Both the position numbers and the translations under genes were made by a program. A DNA stretch of 64,000 nucleotides, taken from positions 525,953-589,952 of the forward strand of contig CAXBGS010000004.1 in the NCBI GenBank assembly GCA_963975425.1, in the 5' to 3' direction. Origin of the DNA: an uncultured Pirellulaceae bacterium (lineage in GTDB: Bacteria > Planctomycetota > Planctomycetia > Pirellulales > Pirellulaceae). The first letter of the stretch is position 1. Each line of letters begins with the position of its first letter. Shown piece by piece: positions 25,509 to 35,361 of the stretch. The notes below the pieces were generated by a model. The model saw only the letters and a program-made list of their open reading frames with translations. It was not told the origin of the DNA and ran no database searches.

Positions 25509-28500
25509 TCACGAGTCAGTTTTCTTCGCCGACTGAAACGTCGCTTCGATCGATTCATAGTTTTCTAACATTGCGGTCAACTGCGCCTGCAATTTTTCCA
25601 GATCGCGTCCGTTGTCGATCGATTCGTTTAAGATCGGACGCAACCATTCCTGCATCAAGTGGAATTGGCCTTTCACCAAATCCGCCAGCACACGAGGCAC
25701 CTTGTGCTGGACAAAGACTTTTTGGTCAGGGGGCGCCAGTTGCTGTTGTCGTGCCTGCAACTCGGCGATCTGGCTGAGTTGTTTGCTGGTCGATTCCAGC
25801 GTTTCGGATAACCGTCCGCCCGATTCGGCCAAGCTCTTGCGAAGCGAGTTGACTCGTTCGTCCATCCGTTGCTCGGATTCTTCGTTGCCCACGGCAATTG
25901 CACGCGAAATCACTTGCCGGATCGATTCGAGGCCATCTCGCATCGATGCCAGTTGACGCATCAATTGGCCTGCCTGATCATCACTATCCATCCCCGACAT
26001 GCGAACGTTTTCGACGTAAGCATATTTGATCGCGTCCCAACGTTCCTTTTCCTCCGCGGACAAGATGCCCATCAACTCTTTGAACTTCAGCACGTTCGCT
26101 TCGTTGTCGGTCGTCAGCGTCTGGGCGTCTTGTTCATAGTTGCTGATGATCAGTGCTTGCAGTTCCGCGTCGTTCATCACGCCCGCCACACGTTCGGCGA
26201 TGCGATTCATATTTCGATAGCTGCCCTGCAGCTTGAACGGCGGCTCGGTACGGTAAGCATCGGCCTGTGCCGCGCTGCGGATGTAAGCACGATTGACCTT
26301 CAACACAACGTCACGCACTCGCAAAAGCTTGCGAAGAATTTCAAACATCTCGCGAACCTGATCGCTAGACAGATTGCTCTGCAATTCGATTCCGTCCAGC
26401 GTGTCTCGCTGAGCGGCGTTGATCAGCATCCGAGCGTCATCGGGAGTCGCGGTCGACAGCGGGGCCAATGCAGGGTTACTCGTCAAACAGTTTTCCAAGT
26501 AGCTCATTTCGAAAGCGTCGGAAGCGTCCCCGATAATCTCGCCCAGGTTGTAAACATCGGCACGGTTGGAAAGCATGTCCGGAATCTGGAACCGTTCGCC
26601 GCTTTCGGTATAAGGGTTTCCGGCCATCACGACGGCTACTCGACGTCCGCGCAGGTCGTACGTTCGGGTCCGCCCGTTGTGAACGCCTTCGATCTTTCGT
26701 GTCGCATCGCAGAGTGAAATGAATTTCTGCAACAATTCGGGATTGGTGTGTTGGATGTCATCGAGATACAGCATCACGTTATCGCCCATCTCGAGCGCCA
26801 AATTCAAACGTTCAATCTCCTCGCGAGCGGCGGCATTGGGCGCTTCGGCGGGATCCAGCGACGTGACACCGTGGCCAATCGCGGGACCATTGATTTTCAT
26901 GAACACGATGCCTAACCGATTCGCGACATATTCCATCAACGTCGTTTTCCCGTATCCCGGCGGCGAAATCAGCAGCAACAGCCCCATGCGGTCGGTTCGC
27001 TTGTCGGCACCGGCAGCGCCCATCTGCTTTGCCAGATTGTCACCGATCAACGGCAAGTAGACTTCGTCAAGCAAGCGGTTCCGCACAAAACTTGTCAGCA
27101 CACGTGGCTTGAACTCCTCAAGCCGCATGTCTTCGCGAGAAGATTCGACGATTCTGGTTTTCGCTTCATGCAGCGCGTGAAAGCGTGGCACGACGTCGTC
27201 CAAGTAATGTCGGACGCGAGCAAGCAGTTCGTGGTAATGCAACGACATCGCACCTCGGGTCAGCCGCGAGTGATTGCCGACGAGGCCTTCCAAGTGGGTT
27301 GCAACGTCAACCTTTTGGACCGATCCGGTCGCGGGGCCGCCTGTCATGATCAGCCAAGCCAACTCGTCGCCGTATCCCGCGGCAGGATCAATCTCGTCTT
27401 CGTCGCCGTGAGTCTGCAAGAACGCATCGGCCCAGTTCCTGGCCAGCACATAGCTGCGCAGCGGATCCGATTCGTTCGACTTAAGTGCGGCCGTCAACAA
27501 CTTGTCGCGTTCGCTGGTCGGAATTGCGGCGACGAACTGATCGTACAGGTTGGCCGCGCGTCCACTGGTCACCGCTTTGCGTGGCGACTGGACCAATTGA
27601 TCAAACAAGTAATCAGCGATTCGAATTGGGTGAACGCTTTTTGAAAACAATGGCGACCACTGGTCGGCGTCTGATTGAGCTAGACTTTCCAGCCTCTCGC
27701 GAAATTCGACCGCGGGCCGTGCCTGCGGATACGCTTTGGCGAGTTTTGCAAAACCGGCGATCCAATCCGTCATCGCCTTGCGATTCTTGGGATCCAACAA
27801 TTTAGAGAACCACAATAACGCCGCGGCACGCACCGAAGGCGAGTGGGCCAGCAGACCAATCGACTGATCGATTGCGAGCAAGCGACTCAAGATCAATGCG
27901 GCATCAACGTCATGGACACCCTTGGCATAACCTTCGTTGAATCGATCGGCGACTTTCGCCTGAATCCAGGCGGGGCTGATGTCCGACGGTTTCACCGGTG
28001 GGTCTTGCTGACGCAGTCGAAGGAAGAGTTCAACTGCAAGGTACTCGCAGCGATAGACATCGGAATTTTCACTGACAAGTTCTTGGTTCCACAGATCCTT
28101 TGCCGCGACCAATGCCGGGTCACTAAGTGGTTCGAAGTATTGTGTGCCGGTAAGGTGCAAACACATTTCGCCACCGCGCAAGACCGTTGTCAAATCGAGC
28201 GGTTGCGTGTTGACGGCGAATCGTTTTTCGCCCAAGCGAATAATGTCGCCGCCGTCTTCGAATAAGTCTTGCCGATCCTTTTGCTGTCGCGTGGCGTCCT
28301 CGCGAATCGTCTTCAAGCGACTTTGCAGATCCTCCACTCGGACCGCATCGTCCAGTTGTTGCAATTGCGCGATGATGTCGCGAACTTTTTCAACCATCAG
28401 GTCGCCGGCAAAGTACGCGGCGATTTCATCGGTCGATTCCATCGCGCCCGCTCGCGTACTGATCCCCTTGAGAATACGATCGGCGGCCGACGCGAGCGTC

Positions 28501-30767
28501 TCGGCGCGACGATTGCGTTTCTCAACCAGCTGCACTTTCCGCGATTCAAACGCCGCATAGACGTCTTCGCGGCGCTGGGTTAACTGGACCACAAACTCGT
28601 CGAATTCGGCAAATCGGCCCTCGAGTTCTTCCAGTTGAACCATCACCTTGGTCAGATAGTCATCGCATTTCTCTGGAGAATCGCAGACGTCCAAGTATCC
28701 GGACGTGGTTTGCTGCAGCAATTTCAGCTGCGACGCGAATTCCGCCTTTCCTTCGACCGACAGCAACTCGCTTGAGCGTGCCTTCAAGCCGCTGCGAACC
28801 CGATTGAGCGACGCGAACACGTCTCCAATGGCATCGATGATCTCGGTTCGTTTCGTTGCATCATCGATCCGCAGATTGCTAACCGTTTCAGTCAGCAACT
28901 CTAATTGGCCAGAGGCTTGGTCGATTTCATCAGACAGTTCTTTTGCCTCGGCGACGCTGGATACCGCGGCAACTTTTTCTTCGGCCTGGCCAACTCGCTG
29001 GACATACGGGTCGAGAGCCCCCGGCGTCAACAAAAAATCGACGCACCGACGACTTAGCCGTTCGGATCGATCGGCGGTTTCTGTCTCAAGCGACTCGACG
29101 ATCGTTTCGTCAACATAGCGGAGTTCACGCAACCCGATCGCGTGCCCTCGTTGTTCTCGCAGTCGCCCGAGAAAATCGACGAAGTCATCAATCGATCCGA
29201 ACCGGCTGCGTTCGATTTGCTTGACAAGTTCGTCAACGGCTTGTTGGACTTCCTGCGTACGCTGCTGTGTGTCGCGTCGCACACGAACGACTTTGTCGAA
29301 CTCTTCAACCGCTGCGGAGGCCGTCTCTCGAATCTTTCCCAGTGGTTCAGAAAGCCGAAACGTTTCGGTCTTGTCGATCCAAAAGTAGCTATCCAGAATG
29401 TCGGATGCTTTCTTGACCAGATCGACGTACAGCCCTTCGTAGCTGTCTTCTTTGTCAATCAGTTGCAGCAACTCGCTGCATTCGGCCATGCCTCGAACGA
29501 TCTCTTTGTTACCGATTTTGAACAACAGCGAATCCGACTGGCTTTCGGTGGCCTGATCGTCGCTGGTGAATGGCGTTTGCCAAATTTGAACGGCATGATG
29601 TTTTTGCGGATCGGTCTGTGTTTGAAAGCAGACCATTTCGCCGCGGTCAAAAAAAGTCTGCCCGTGACAGATCAGCGGGGTCTCGACGGTTTGGCGGATG
29701 ATGTTGTAACGCAGCTGGACATAGGTGCCGGACTCGCTGTTGTAGAACAAATACAGATAGTCCTCTCCGTTGGGCGCAGCGACGGTGCGTTGGTATCGCA
29801 TGTTGCTAAGCCCGTGATCGAACCGTTTAAACTCGCCCGTTTGCAGGTAGTAACCGCCGGGAAAGACCAACCCCTGATCGCCGGGCAGCATCACGCAACA
29901 TTGGCCAATTTCATCTAAGCGAATCGCTCGCTGGATTTTCCCATTGAAAACGATGTAGCGGGTTTGTTCTTCTTGATATGGCTTGATTTTCATCAACACC
30001 AGATTGCCGACGATGGCGTAATGAATCTCAGCATCGTCAAGCGTTTGGTCGGCGTGGTCGACGGGCTCGTCATAGATGCCTTCGCCCGATTCGGTGTTAT
30101 TTTCGACCTTGATGGTCAGATCGCCGCCAACAGTTTCGACAAAAACGCGGTCGTCAATTGCGATATGCGGATGTGTGCCGTAATGATGCTGATCGCGTGT
30201 GGTTCGTGTCCAGCGAAATTCGTGTTGGCTGGGTTCACGGACTTCGTGTTCGCTGCGGTTGTCGACGTATTGGATCGAATCAGGTGCGACCCGCCATTTG
30301 AATGCCTTGATATCTCGTGAAGTCTTGCCGACTTGGAACACCATGTACAACATCGGTCCGGCGCGAAAAAAACGCGAGAACCTTGTGTCTTTATAAAATC
30401 GATACAGTTCGCCAAAATCGTTTGCGAAGCGCTCGTCACCGATCAGTCCCAGCGAATCGGCGTGGAACTGGTTATTTTCTAGCCGATAGACCGAAAAGAC
30501 GTCTTCTAATTCGATTTCAGTTTTCAGCCCAAACTGGACGTTGTATCCGAACAGAAAACGGTCACCGACCGACACCAAGTCTCGCGGGACACAATTATGC
30601 TCCGTCGTGACGCGTTCGCTAGTGATCAGTGTCGTCTCGATGTTGCCAAAGACTTCACCACGCGCGTCGTTCAACTGCGACAACCGGGTACGCAATTCGC
30701 CCGATGCATCCCGCAAGCGATTGCGGAGCACTTCGTAGGTACCGGCGGCGAGTTGAGAATCAGTCAT
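25509..30767 (-). CDS. Giant (1752 aa) AAA+ ATPase-domain protein of unknown function; single AAA_5/MoxR/dynein-like module near residues 1255-1400 flanked by long coiled-coil regions
   Basis: Walker A is MGLLLLISPPGYGKTTLMEYV (about residue 1265). Walker B is NVMLYLDDIQHT (about 1334). A sensor-like VAVVMAGNPY follows. This GPPGxGKT / hydrophobic-DD / xxGNP pattern is that of AAA_5-type ATPases. The N-terminal 1250 aa have no motif I recognise. Residues roughly 480-800 and the last 350 aa are heptad-rich and charged. It is co-oriented with flotillin, 170 bp downstream of it. Confidence 0.75.
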   Translation of the reverse strand: MTDSQLAAGTYEVLRNRLRDASGELRTRLSQLNDARGEVFGNIETTLITSERVTTEHNCVPRDLVSVGDRFLFGYNVQFGLKTEIELEDVFSVYRLENNQFHADSLGLIGDERFANDFGELYRFYKDTRFSRFFRAGPMLYMVFQVGKTSRDIKAFKWRVAPDSIQYVDNRSEHEVREPSQHEFRWTRTTRDQHHYGTHPHIAIDDRVFVETVGGDLTIKVENNTESGEGIYDEPVDHADQTLDDAEIHYAIVGNLVLMKIKPYQEEQTRYIVFNGKIQRAIRLDEIGQCCVMLPGDQGLVFPGGYYLQTGEFKRFDHGLSNMRYQRTVAAPNGEDYLYLFYNSESGTYVQLRYNIIRQTVETPLICHGQTFFDRGEMVCFQTQTDPQKHHAVQIWQTPFTSDDQATESQSDSLLFKIGNKEIVRGMAECSELLQLIDKEDSYEGLYVDLVKKASDILDSYFWIDKTETFRLSEPLGKIRETASAAVEEFDKVVRVRRDTQQRTQEVQQAVDELVKQIERSRFGSIDDFVDFLGRLREQRGHAIGLRELRYVDETIVESLETETADRSERLSRRCVDFLLTPGALDPYVQRVGQAEEKVAAVSSVAEAKELSDEIDQASGQLELLTETVSNLRIDDATKRTEIIDAIGDVFASLNRVRSGLKARSSELLSVEGKAEFASQLKLLQQTTSGYLDVCDSPEKCDDYLTKVMVQLEELEGRFAEFDEFVVQLTQRREDVYAAFESRKVQLVEKRNRRAETLASAADRILKGISTRAGAMESTDEIAAYFAGDLMVEKVRDIIAQLQQLDDAVRVEDLQSRLKTIREDATRQQKDRQDLFEDGGDIIRLGEKRFAVNTQPLDLTTVLRGGEMCLHLTGTQYFEPLSDPALVAAKDLWNQELVSENSDVYRCEYLAVELFLRLRQQDPPVKPSDISPAWIQAKVADRFNEGYAKGVHDVDAALILSRLLAIDQSIGLLAHSPSVRAAALLWFSKLLDPKNRKAMTDWIAGFAKLAKAYPQARPAVEFRERLESLAQSDADQWSPLFSKSVHPIRIADYLFDQLVQSPRKAVTSGRAANLYDQFVAAIPTSERDKLLTAALKSNESDPLRSYVLARNWADAFLQTHGDEDEIDPAAGYGDELAWLIMTGGPATGSVQKVDVATHLEGLVGNHSRLTRGAMSLHYHELLARVRHYLDDVVPRFHALHEAKTRIVESSREDMRLEEFKPRVLTSFVRNRLLDEVYLPLIGDNLAKQMGAAGADKRTDRMGLLLLISPPGYGKTTLMEYVANRLGIVFMKINGPAIGHGVTSLDPAEAPNAAAREEIERLNLALEMGDNVMLYLDDIQHTNPELLQKFISLCDATRKIEGVHNGRTRTYDLRGRRVAVVMAGNPYTESGERFQIPDMLSNRADVYNLGEIIGDASDAFEMSYLENCLTSNPALAPLSTATPDDARMLINAAQRDTLDGIELQSNLSSDQVREMFEILRKLLRVRDVVLKVNRAYIRSAAQADAYRTEPPFKLQGSYRNMNRIAERVAGVMNDAELQALIISNYEQDAQTLTTDNEANVLKFKELMGILSAEEKERWDAIKYAYVENVRMSGMDSDDQAGQLMRQLASMRDGLESIRQVISRAIAVGNEESEQRMDERVNSLRKSLAESGGRLSETLESTSKQLSQIAELQARQQQLAPPDQKVFVQHKVPRVLADLVKGQFHLMQEWLRPILNESIDNGRDLEKLQAQLTAMLENYESIEATFQSAKKTDS

Positions 30768-30937
30768 GATGCGTCGTGAAGTCAGGCAATTGAATCGGCG
30801 AAAAAGAGCAGGGTGCCGTTTCGTCAGGATGACACGGCCGACAGGTCATGGCCGCACGGCACTCGGCTCGCTCCGGCCCGTGAAGACCGAGGACGCGTGC
30901 CCGCATCGCCGGCGGTCAAAGCCGCGTGCGTGCGTCC

Positions 30938-33064
30938 CTACGCTTGTTTTCCGTTACCGGATGTCGCCGACGTGGTCAAAACACTAGCGGCTTTCTTGTC
31001 GGCGATTCTGGCGGTACCGGCCATGCCCAGCAAACTGGTCAGTTGCGTTCGCATGTCATCGGTCTTGGCCAGCCCCATCATTTTGGCGATCAATGCCGCG
31101 ATCGACAAATCCTTGACGCCGTCGGTATCTAAATTGAACTGCGACATCAACGATTTCATTTGATCGGTAAAGTACTCTGCGTTCCCGTCAAAGAACGTGT
31201 CTTTGATATCTGTCGCAACTTTACTGTTGTAGACGAATCGGTCGATCGCCTTTCCGCCCTTGACGGCCGATGTGATCTGCTCGAAGAACTCACCATCGCC
31301 ACCGACGATATCAATTCGGGCGGCCTTGAGCGCTTCCCCAACCACTCCCGCTTGGCTTTCGGCAATTCCTCGCTGCGCATCGATGGCTGCGATTTCGACA
31401 TCCTTTTCTTTGTTCAGCTGCAGCTTGAATTCTTCGTGATCCTTGCCGACGCTGTCGAGGACCTTCATCGCTTCGGCCTTTTCGGTAATTCCGGTGGCCT
31501 CGCTGCGGTACTTTTCCAGGTCGACGTTGGCTTCGGCTAATCCTTGTTTCTCGACTGCGGAAGCTTTCGCCTCGATTCCCTTGGCTTCGGCGACGGCTTT
31601 CTTTTCCAGGACGGCCGCTTCGGCGAGACCCTCTTTTTCCAAGCTGGCCGCTTTGGCTTCCTGAACGGTCGCTTCGGCCAAGCCGGATGCCGCTCGTGTT
31701 GCGGCTTCCGCTTCGGCCAGCATCTTGGCTGCAGCGGTTTCTTTCTCCGCGGCATCACGTTTGGCCTCGGCTTCGATACGAACCTTTTCGGCCATCAACT
31801 CGCTGGATTCCTTTTCGGCTTGCGCGAGCTTGGTTTGGCGAATCAGCTCTTCTTGAGCTCTCATTTCGGCGGCCGTCACCTGAACGGTCTTCAAACGTTC
31901 CGCGGCGGCAACTTCTTCGGTGTCCTTGATTCGTTCTTGTTCTTCCACGACGGCGCGTTCGACAGCGACACGTTCGCGGATGACTTCTTGGATGTTGCGT
32001 TTTTCGACTTCGATCGCTTTTTCCTTTTCGACGTCAGCCACACCGACCACGCGTAACCTTTCGGTCATTTCCAAATCGCGGTCTCGGTTGACGCGTTCCA
32101 ATTCGACCGCATCGGTCTTTTCTTTGTTTCGTTGGGCGACCAAGATTTGACGTAACTTGTTCTCCTCTGCCACGCCGATTTCCTCTTCGGTCACAATGCG
32201 GGCGCGTTCGGATTCCAGACGCTGTTCCTCTTGAACCTTGGCGGCGGAGGCTTTTTCCCGAGCAGTGATTTCGGCTATCTCGCGTTGCTGTTTTTCGACC
32301 GCTTCGACTCGTTGGCGTTCAAGCGCGAGGATGGTTTCCTCCGCTTCGACATCCTGTTTCTTTAACGTCTTTTCTTTGTCGCGGGTGAACTGATTCTCCT
32401 TGACCTTTTCTTGCGATGTCAGATCCGTGATTTTCTTGATGCCCTCGGCGTCCAAGATATTGGTCGGGCTAAGCAGGTTGAGCGGGGTTTGTTCCAGGTA
32501 GTCGATTGCGGCATCATCCAATCGATAACCGTTCAAGTCGGTGCCGATGACTTTCAGGATTTCATCTTTGAACTTGTCGCGTTGATCATACAGGTCGACA
32601 AAATCGAACTGCTTGCCAACCGTCTTCAGTGCTTCACTGAATTTTGCATCAAACAATTCGCGCAGCGTATCGATCTGGCTGCAGCGTTTGGCCCCGATCG
32701 ACTGAGCGACTTCTTTCTGCTCTTCCGGCGACTTATCAACGCGAACGAAGAAGGCAACTTTGATGTCGGCACGGATATTGTCTTTGCAAATCAATCCTTC
32801 AGAGCCCTGACGATGAATTTCGAAACTCTTTAGCGTCAAGTCCATGAACTCGTACTGATGAATCATCGGTACGACCCATAACCCGTCGCCCGATGCGACA
32901 CGAAGCCCACCTTGTCCGCTTCGGACAATCGCCACATCAGGTCCGACTTTGATGAAGAACTTTTTGAACGCGATCGCAACGCTGATAATGAACAGCAGCG
33001 CGAATCCGATCACGAGCAACGCGGCGTCGGTGCCCCAATTATTGGTAAAAAACTGTGCGATCAT
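30938..33064 (-). CDS. Flotillin family protein (SPFH/Band-7 domain, FloT/YqiK-like) with N-terminal TM and long EA-rich coiled-coil C-terminus
   Basis: The N-terminal helix is LLVIGFALLFIISVAIAF. The SPFH core reads GPDVAIVRSGQGGLRVASGDGLWVVPMIHQYEFMDLTLKSFEIHRQG...IKVAFFVRV. It has extended Glu/Ala/Lys heptad repeats and a C-terminal flotillin-type tail. Its ATG overlaps the upstream gene stop (ATGA at 33061-33064). Confidence 0.85.
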   Translation of the reverse strand: MIAQFFTNNWGTDAALLVIGFALLFIISVAIAFKKFFIKVGPDVAIVRSGQGGLRVASGDGLWVVPMIHQYEFMDLTLKSFEIHRQGSEGLICKDNIRADIKVAFFVRVDKSPEEQKEVAQSIGAKRCSQIDTLRELFDAKFSEALKTVGKQFDFVDLYDQRDKFKDEILKVIGTDLNGYRLDDAAIDYLEQTPLNLLSPTNILDAEGIKKITDLTSQEKVKENQFTRDKEKTLKKQDVEAEETILALERQRVEAVEKQQREIAEITAREKASAAKVQEEQRLESERARIVTEEEIGVAEENKLRQILVAQRNKEKTDAVELERVNRDRDLEMTERLRVVGVADVEKEKAIEVEKRNIQEVIRERVAVERAVVEEQERIKDTEEVAAAERLKTVQVTAAEMRAQEELIRQTKLAQAEKESSELMAEKVRIEAEAKRDAAEKETAAAKMLAEAEAATRAASGLAEATVQEAKAASLEKEGLAEAAVLEKKAVAEAKGIEAKASAVEKQGLAEANVDLEKYRSEATGITEKAEAMKVLDSVGKDHEEFKLQLNKEKDVEIAAIDAQRGIAESQAGVVGEALKAARIDIVGGDGEFFEQITSAVKGGKAIDRFVYNSKVATDIKDTFFDGNAEYFTDQMKSLMSQFNLDTDGVKDLSIAALIAKMMGLAKTDDMRTQLTSLLGMAGTARIADKKAASVLTTSATSGNGKQA

Positions 33065-33741
33065 TTCGAGTCCTCTTCAGATGCAGCGGTGACTTTGTAA
33101 ACTCGCCGTTCGTTATCAAATGCGATGATGCGTACCAACGATCCTTTGCTGATCGTTTCGCCGTCGGTGCGTATATTCAGCAACAAGGGCGCGGCATCGG
33201 TTGGGAATTTGGCCTGGCCGAACGAATCGGACACCTCTCCCGTGGAAACCGCGCAGGTCTTCCCAATAAGGTTGCTCGGATCGTATGTCGGCGCCGGCTC
33301 AAATGCCCGATTCAGGGGGCCTGTAAGAACCTTGGTCACCAAAATCGATATAACCCCGTTTCGAAGCACAAGCAGCACGCTGGGGATCAACGTCGGCGCA
33401 TATCGGTGGTGATCGAATCCGTACCACAGCACGTAGGAGATTCCCCAAAACGCGATGGTAAAGATTGACATCCAAAGCACCAAAGGCAGTCGCTGCAGGT
33501 TCAACCAACGCAGCGTCGCCGCACCGGCGCCCCCGAACAGGTCGCTTTGAATGTCCGCCGTGGCCGATGGAACATCGACATCCGCATCCAAGTCCGCGTC
33601 GAGATCGATTCCCAGGTCCAGGTCGATCAGCCCCAACAACGCAACGAAGGCATACACGATCAGCAGACAAACCAAGACGGACGCCGGCCATAATGGCCCA
33701 ACGAACATCCGCTCGAGTAACTGCACGAAAGATTCAGACAC
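33061..33741 (-). CDS. NfeD-like / YqiJ-family membrane protein (flotillin-associated OB-fold protein)
   Basis: It has N-terminal hydrophobic helices, an acidic DLDLGIDLDADLDADVDV segment and further TM helices. The C-terminal soluble beta-rich domain (GKTCAVSTGEVSDSFGQAKF...GSLVRIIAFDNERRVYKV) fits the NfeD OB-fold. Its position immediately upstream of flotillin, translationally coupled to it, mirrors the E. coli yqiJ-yqiK and B. subtilis nfeD-floT arrangements. Confidence 0.6.
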   Translation of the reverse strand: MSESFVQLLERMFVGPLWPASVLVCLLIVYAFVALLGLIDLDLGIDLDADLDADVDVPSATADIQSDLFGGAGAATLRWLNLQRLPLVLWMSIFTIAFWGISYVLWYGFDHHRYAPTLIPSVLLVLRNGVISILVTKVLTGPLNRAFEPAPTYDPSNLIGKTCAVSTGEVSDSFGQAKFPTDAAPLLLNIRTDGETISKGSLVRIIAFDNERRVYKVTAASEEDSK

Positions 33742-34014
33742 CGCTGCGTTTCCTGTCGGGGAGATTCACGCCCCTGGGATCTTTCGCCCGGGGGAATCAG
33801 AACGGCGTACTGCCGCTCCGTATAGCATGGCCTTTAAACGGACGACTCGGGGCGCGGACGAACGGCGAATTCTGCAGTTTTCCCGATCGCTATGCGGCGA
33901 AAGACCCAAAAACGGCGTAGACAGACGCCCCGGCGTTCGGAATTTCAGCGCGACCGAATTCTGGCCGGTCCGGTAACCGGAACAACGAGCCAGAACTGCG
34001 TCCCAGTGGATGTC

Positions 34015-35202
34015 CTAGTGGATGATGTCCAGCTGGCTGGAGGGCAGTTCACCTGGGTCGGACGTCGCTGCACTGATGCGCCCGCGATCGGCGAGCGTCT
34101 GCAAGTCCAGCAATCCAATCAAGCGTTCCGATGAATCGACAACCGGTACGGTGCGATTTCCTCGACCGGCGGTCAGCACGACCGATTCGATATCATCGTC
34201 CAGCTTGACCGTGACAACACCATGGTCGGCAAGCTGGCCGGCGGTGCTATTGCCGTCTTCACCTTTTTCGATCGCCTTGGCAACATCCGCTAATCGCAGG
34301 ACACCGACAACGCTTCCGCTGATTGAAATGACCGGCAATTCGCTGACGGTCACGCGACTCCAGATGCGGCGAATCTCCGAGAGCGGAGTATCCATCAAGA
34401 TCGATGGCGGATCATGAATCATCGATCGGTAAATGCTCGATCCGCGGACCGATTCGGTCAAGTCAACTTGTCGGGCTTCGGCCACGCCGGCATAAGCGAT
34501 GAACAGCGCGATCAACAGCGTGATGGGATTGCCGACATTCAGCGCAAACAAAGCCATCATTCCGGCACAAACCAATCCGACACGCGAAGCGATATAGGTC
34601 GCTTTGCCGTAACTGGTGACCATCGCCAGCAGACTGCGAAAGACGCGGCCGCCGTCCATCGGGAACGCCGGAACCATGTTAAAAACGACCAATGCGATGT
34701 TGGCCATCAACATGATGAATAGAAAACCGACCAGCGACGGCGTCTGCAGCGGATCGACATCATTCAAGCTGCCGAATAAGTCCATCACCGGCTGCCAAGC
34801 GAACACGTACATCCCCACGACCAATAGCGAACCGATCACGACATTGACGGCCGGCCCAGCGACGGCGACGACCAACTCGTGAAAAGGAATCCGCGGCATC
34901 CGTTCGAGCCTGGCGACGCCGCCGATCGGAAACAGCGTGATATCGACGGTGGAAATGCCATACATTCGTGCCGCCATCGCGTGCCCGTACTCGTGCAGCG
35001 TCACACAGGAGAAAATGCCTAACGCGACCGCGACCGAAAAGATCATGCCCGGTGTGCCATACTCGCGAGCCTGGTACGCCACAAAACCCAACAACAGCAG
35101 GAATGTCCAATGAACGTATAGTCCGATCCCCAAGTAGGTTCCCAGCTTCAAACGTTTATCGAACACATGTCTTCCGTCAAAAGTGGACTCCCGTCGCGGC
35201 AC
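34015..35202 (-). CDS. Site-2 protease family (peptidase M50) with C-terminal CBS domain pair
   Basis: HEYGHAMAARMYG is the HExxH zinc motif in a TM helix. MVPAFPMDGGRV is the second metal-ligand motif (xxDG). It is a multi-TM protein. A C-terminal CBS-like tandem reads VTVSELPVISISGSVVGVLRLADV...VPVVDSSERLIGLLDLQTL. GTG start at 35202. Confidence 0.8.
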   Translation of the reverse strand: MPRRESTFDGRHVFDKRLKLGTYLGIGLYVHWTFLLLLGFVAYQAREYGTPGMIFSVAVALGIFSCVTLHEYGHAMAARMYGISTVDITLFPIGGVARLERMPRIPFHELVVAVAGPAVNVVIGSLLVVGMYVFAWQPVMDLFGSLNDVDPLQTPSLVGFLFIMLMANIALVVFNMVPAFPMDGGRVFRSLLAMVTSYGKATYIASRVGLVCAGMMALFALNVGNPITLLIALFIAYAGVAEARQVDLTESVRGSSIYRSMIHDPPSILMDTPLSEIRRIWSRVTVSELPVISISGSVVGVLRLADVAKAIEKGEDGNSTAGQLADHGVVTVKLDDDIESVVLTAGRGNRTVPVVDSSERLIGLLDLQTLADRGRISAATSDPGELPSSQLDIIH

Positions 35203-35361
35203 GGCGAGATTTCGTCATAATCTTGGCATCGCATCGGTCACCCAGCGTGACCGGGGGGCACCCGAGGTTGTCGGCAATCGGGCCGACTCCTTTTCCCAAA
35301 CCAGTTCAACGCACGGCAATCCCGTTTAGTTCGGCGTGCAATCCTCGATTCAAGCACTGAT

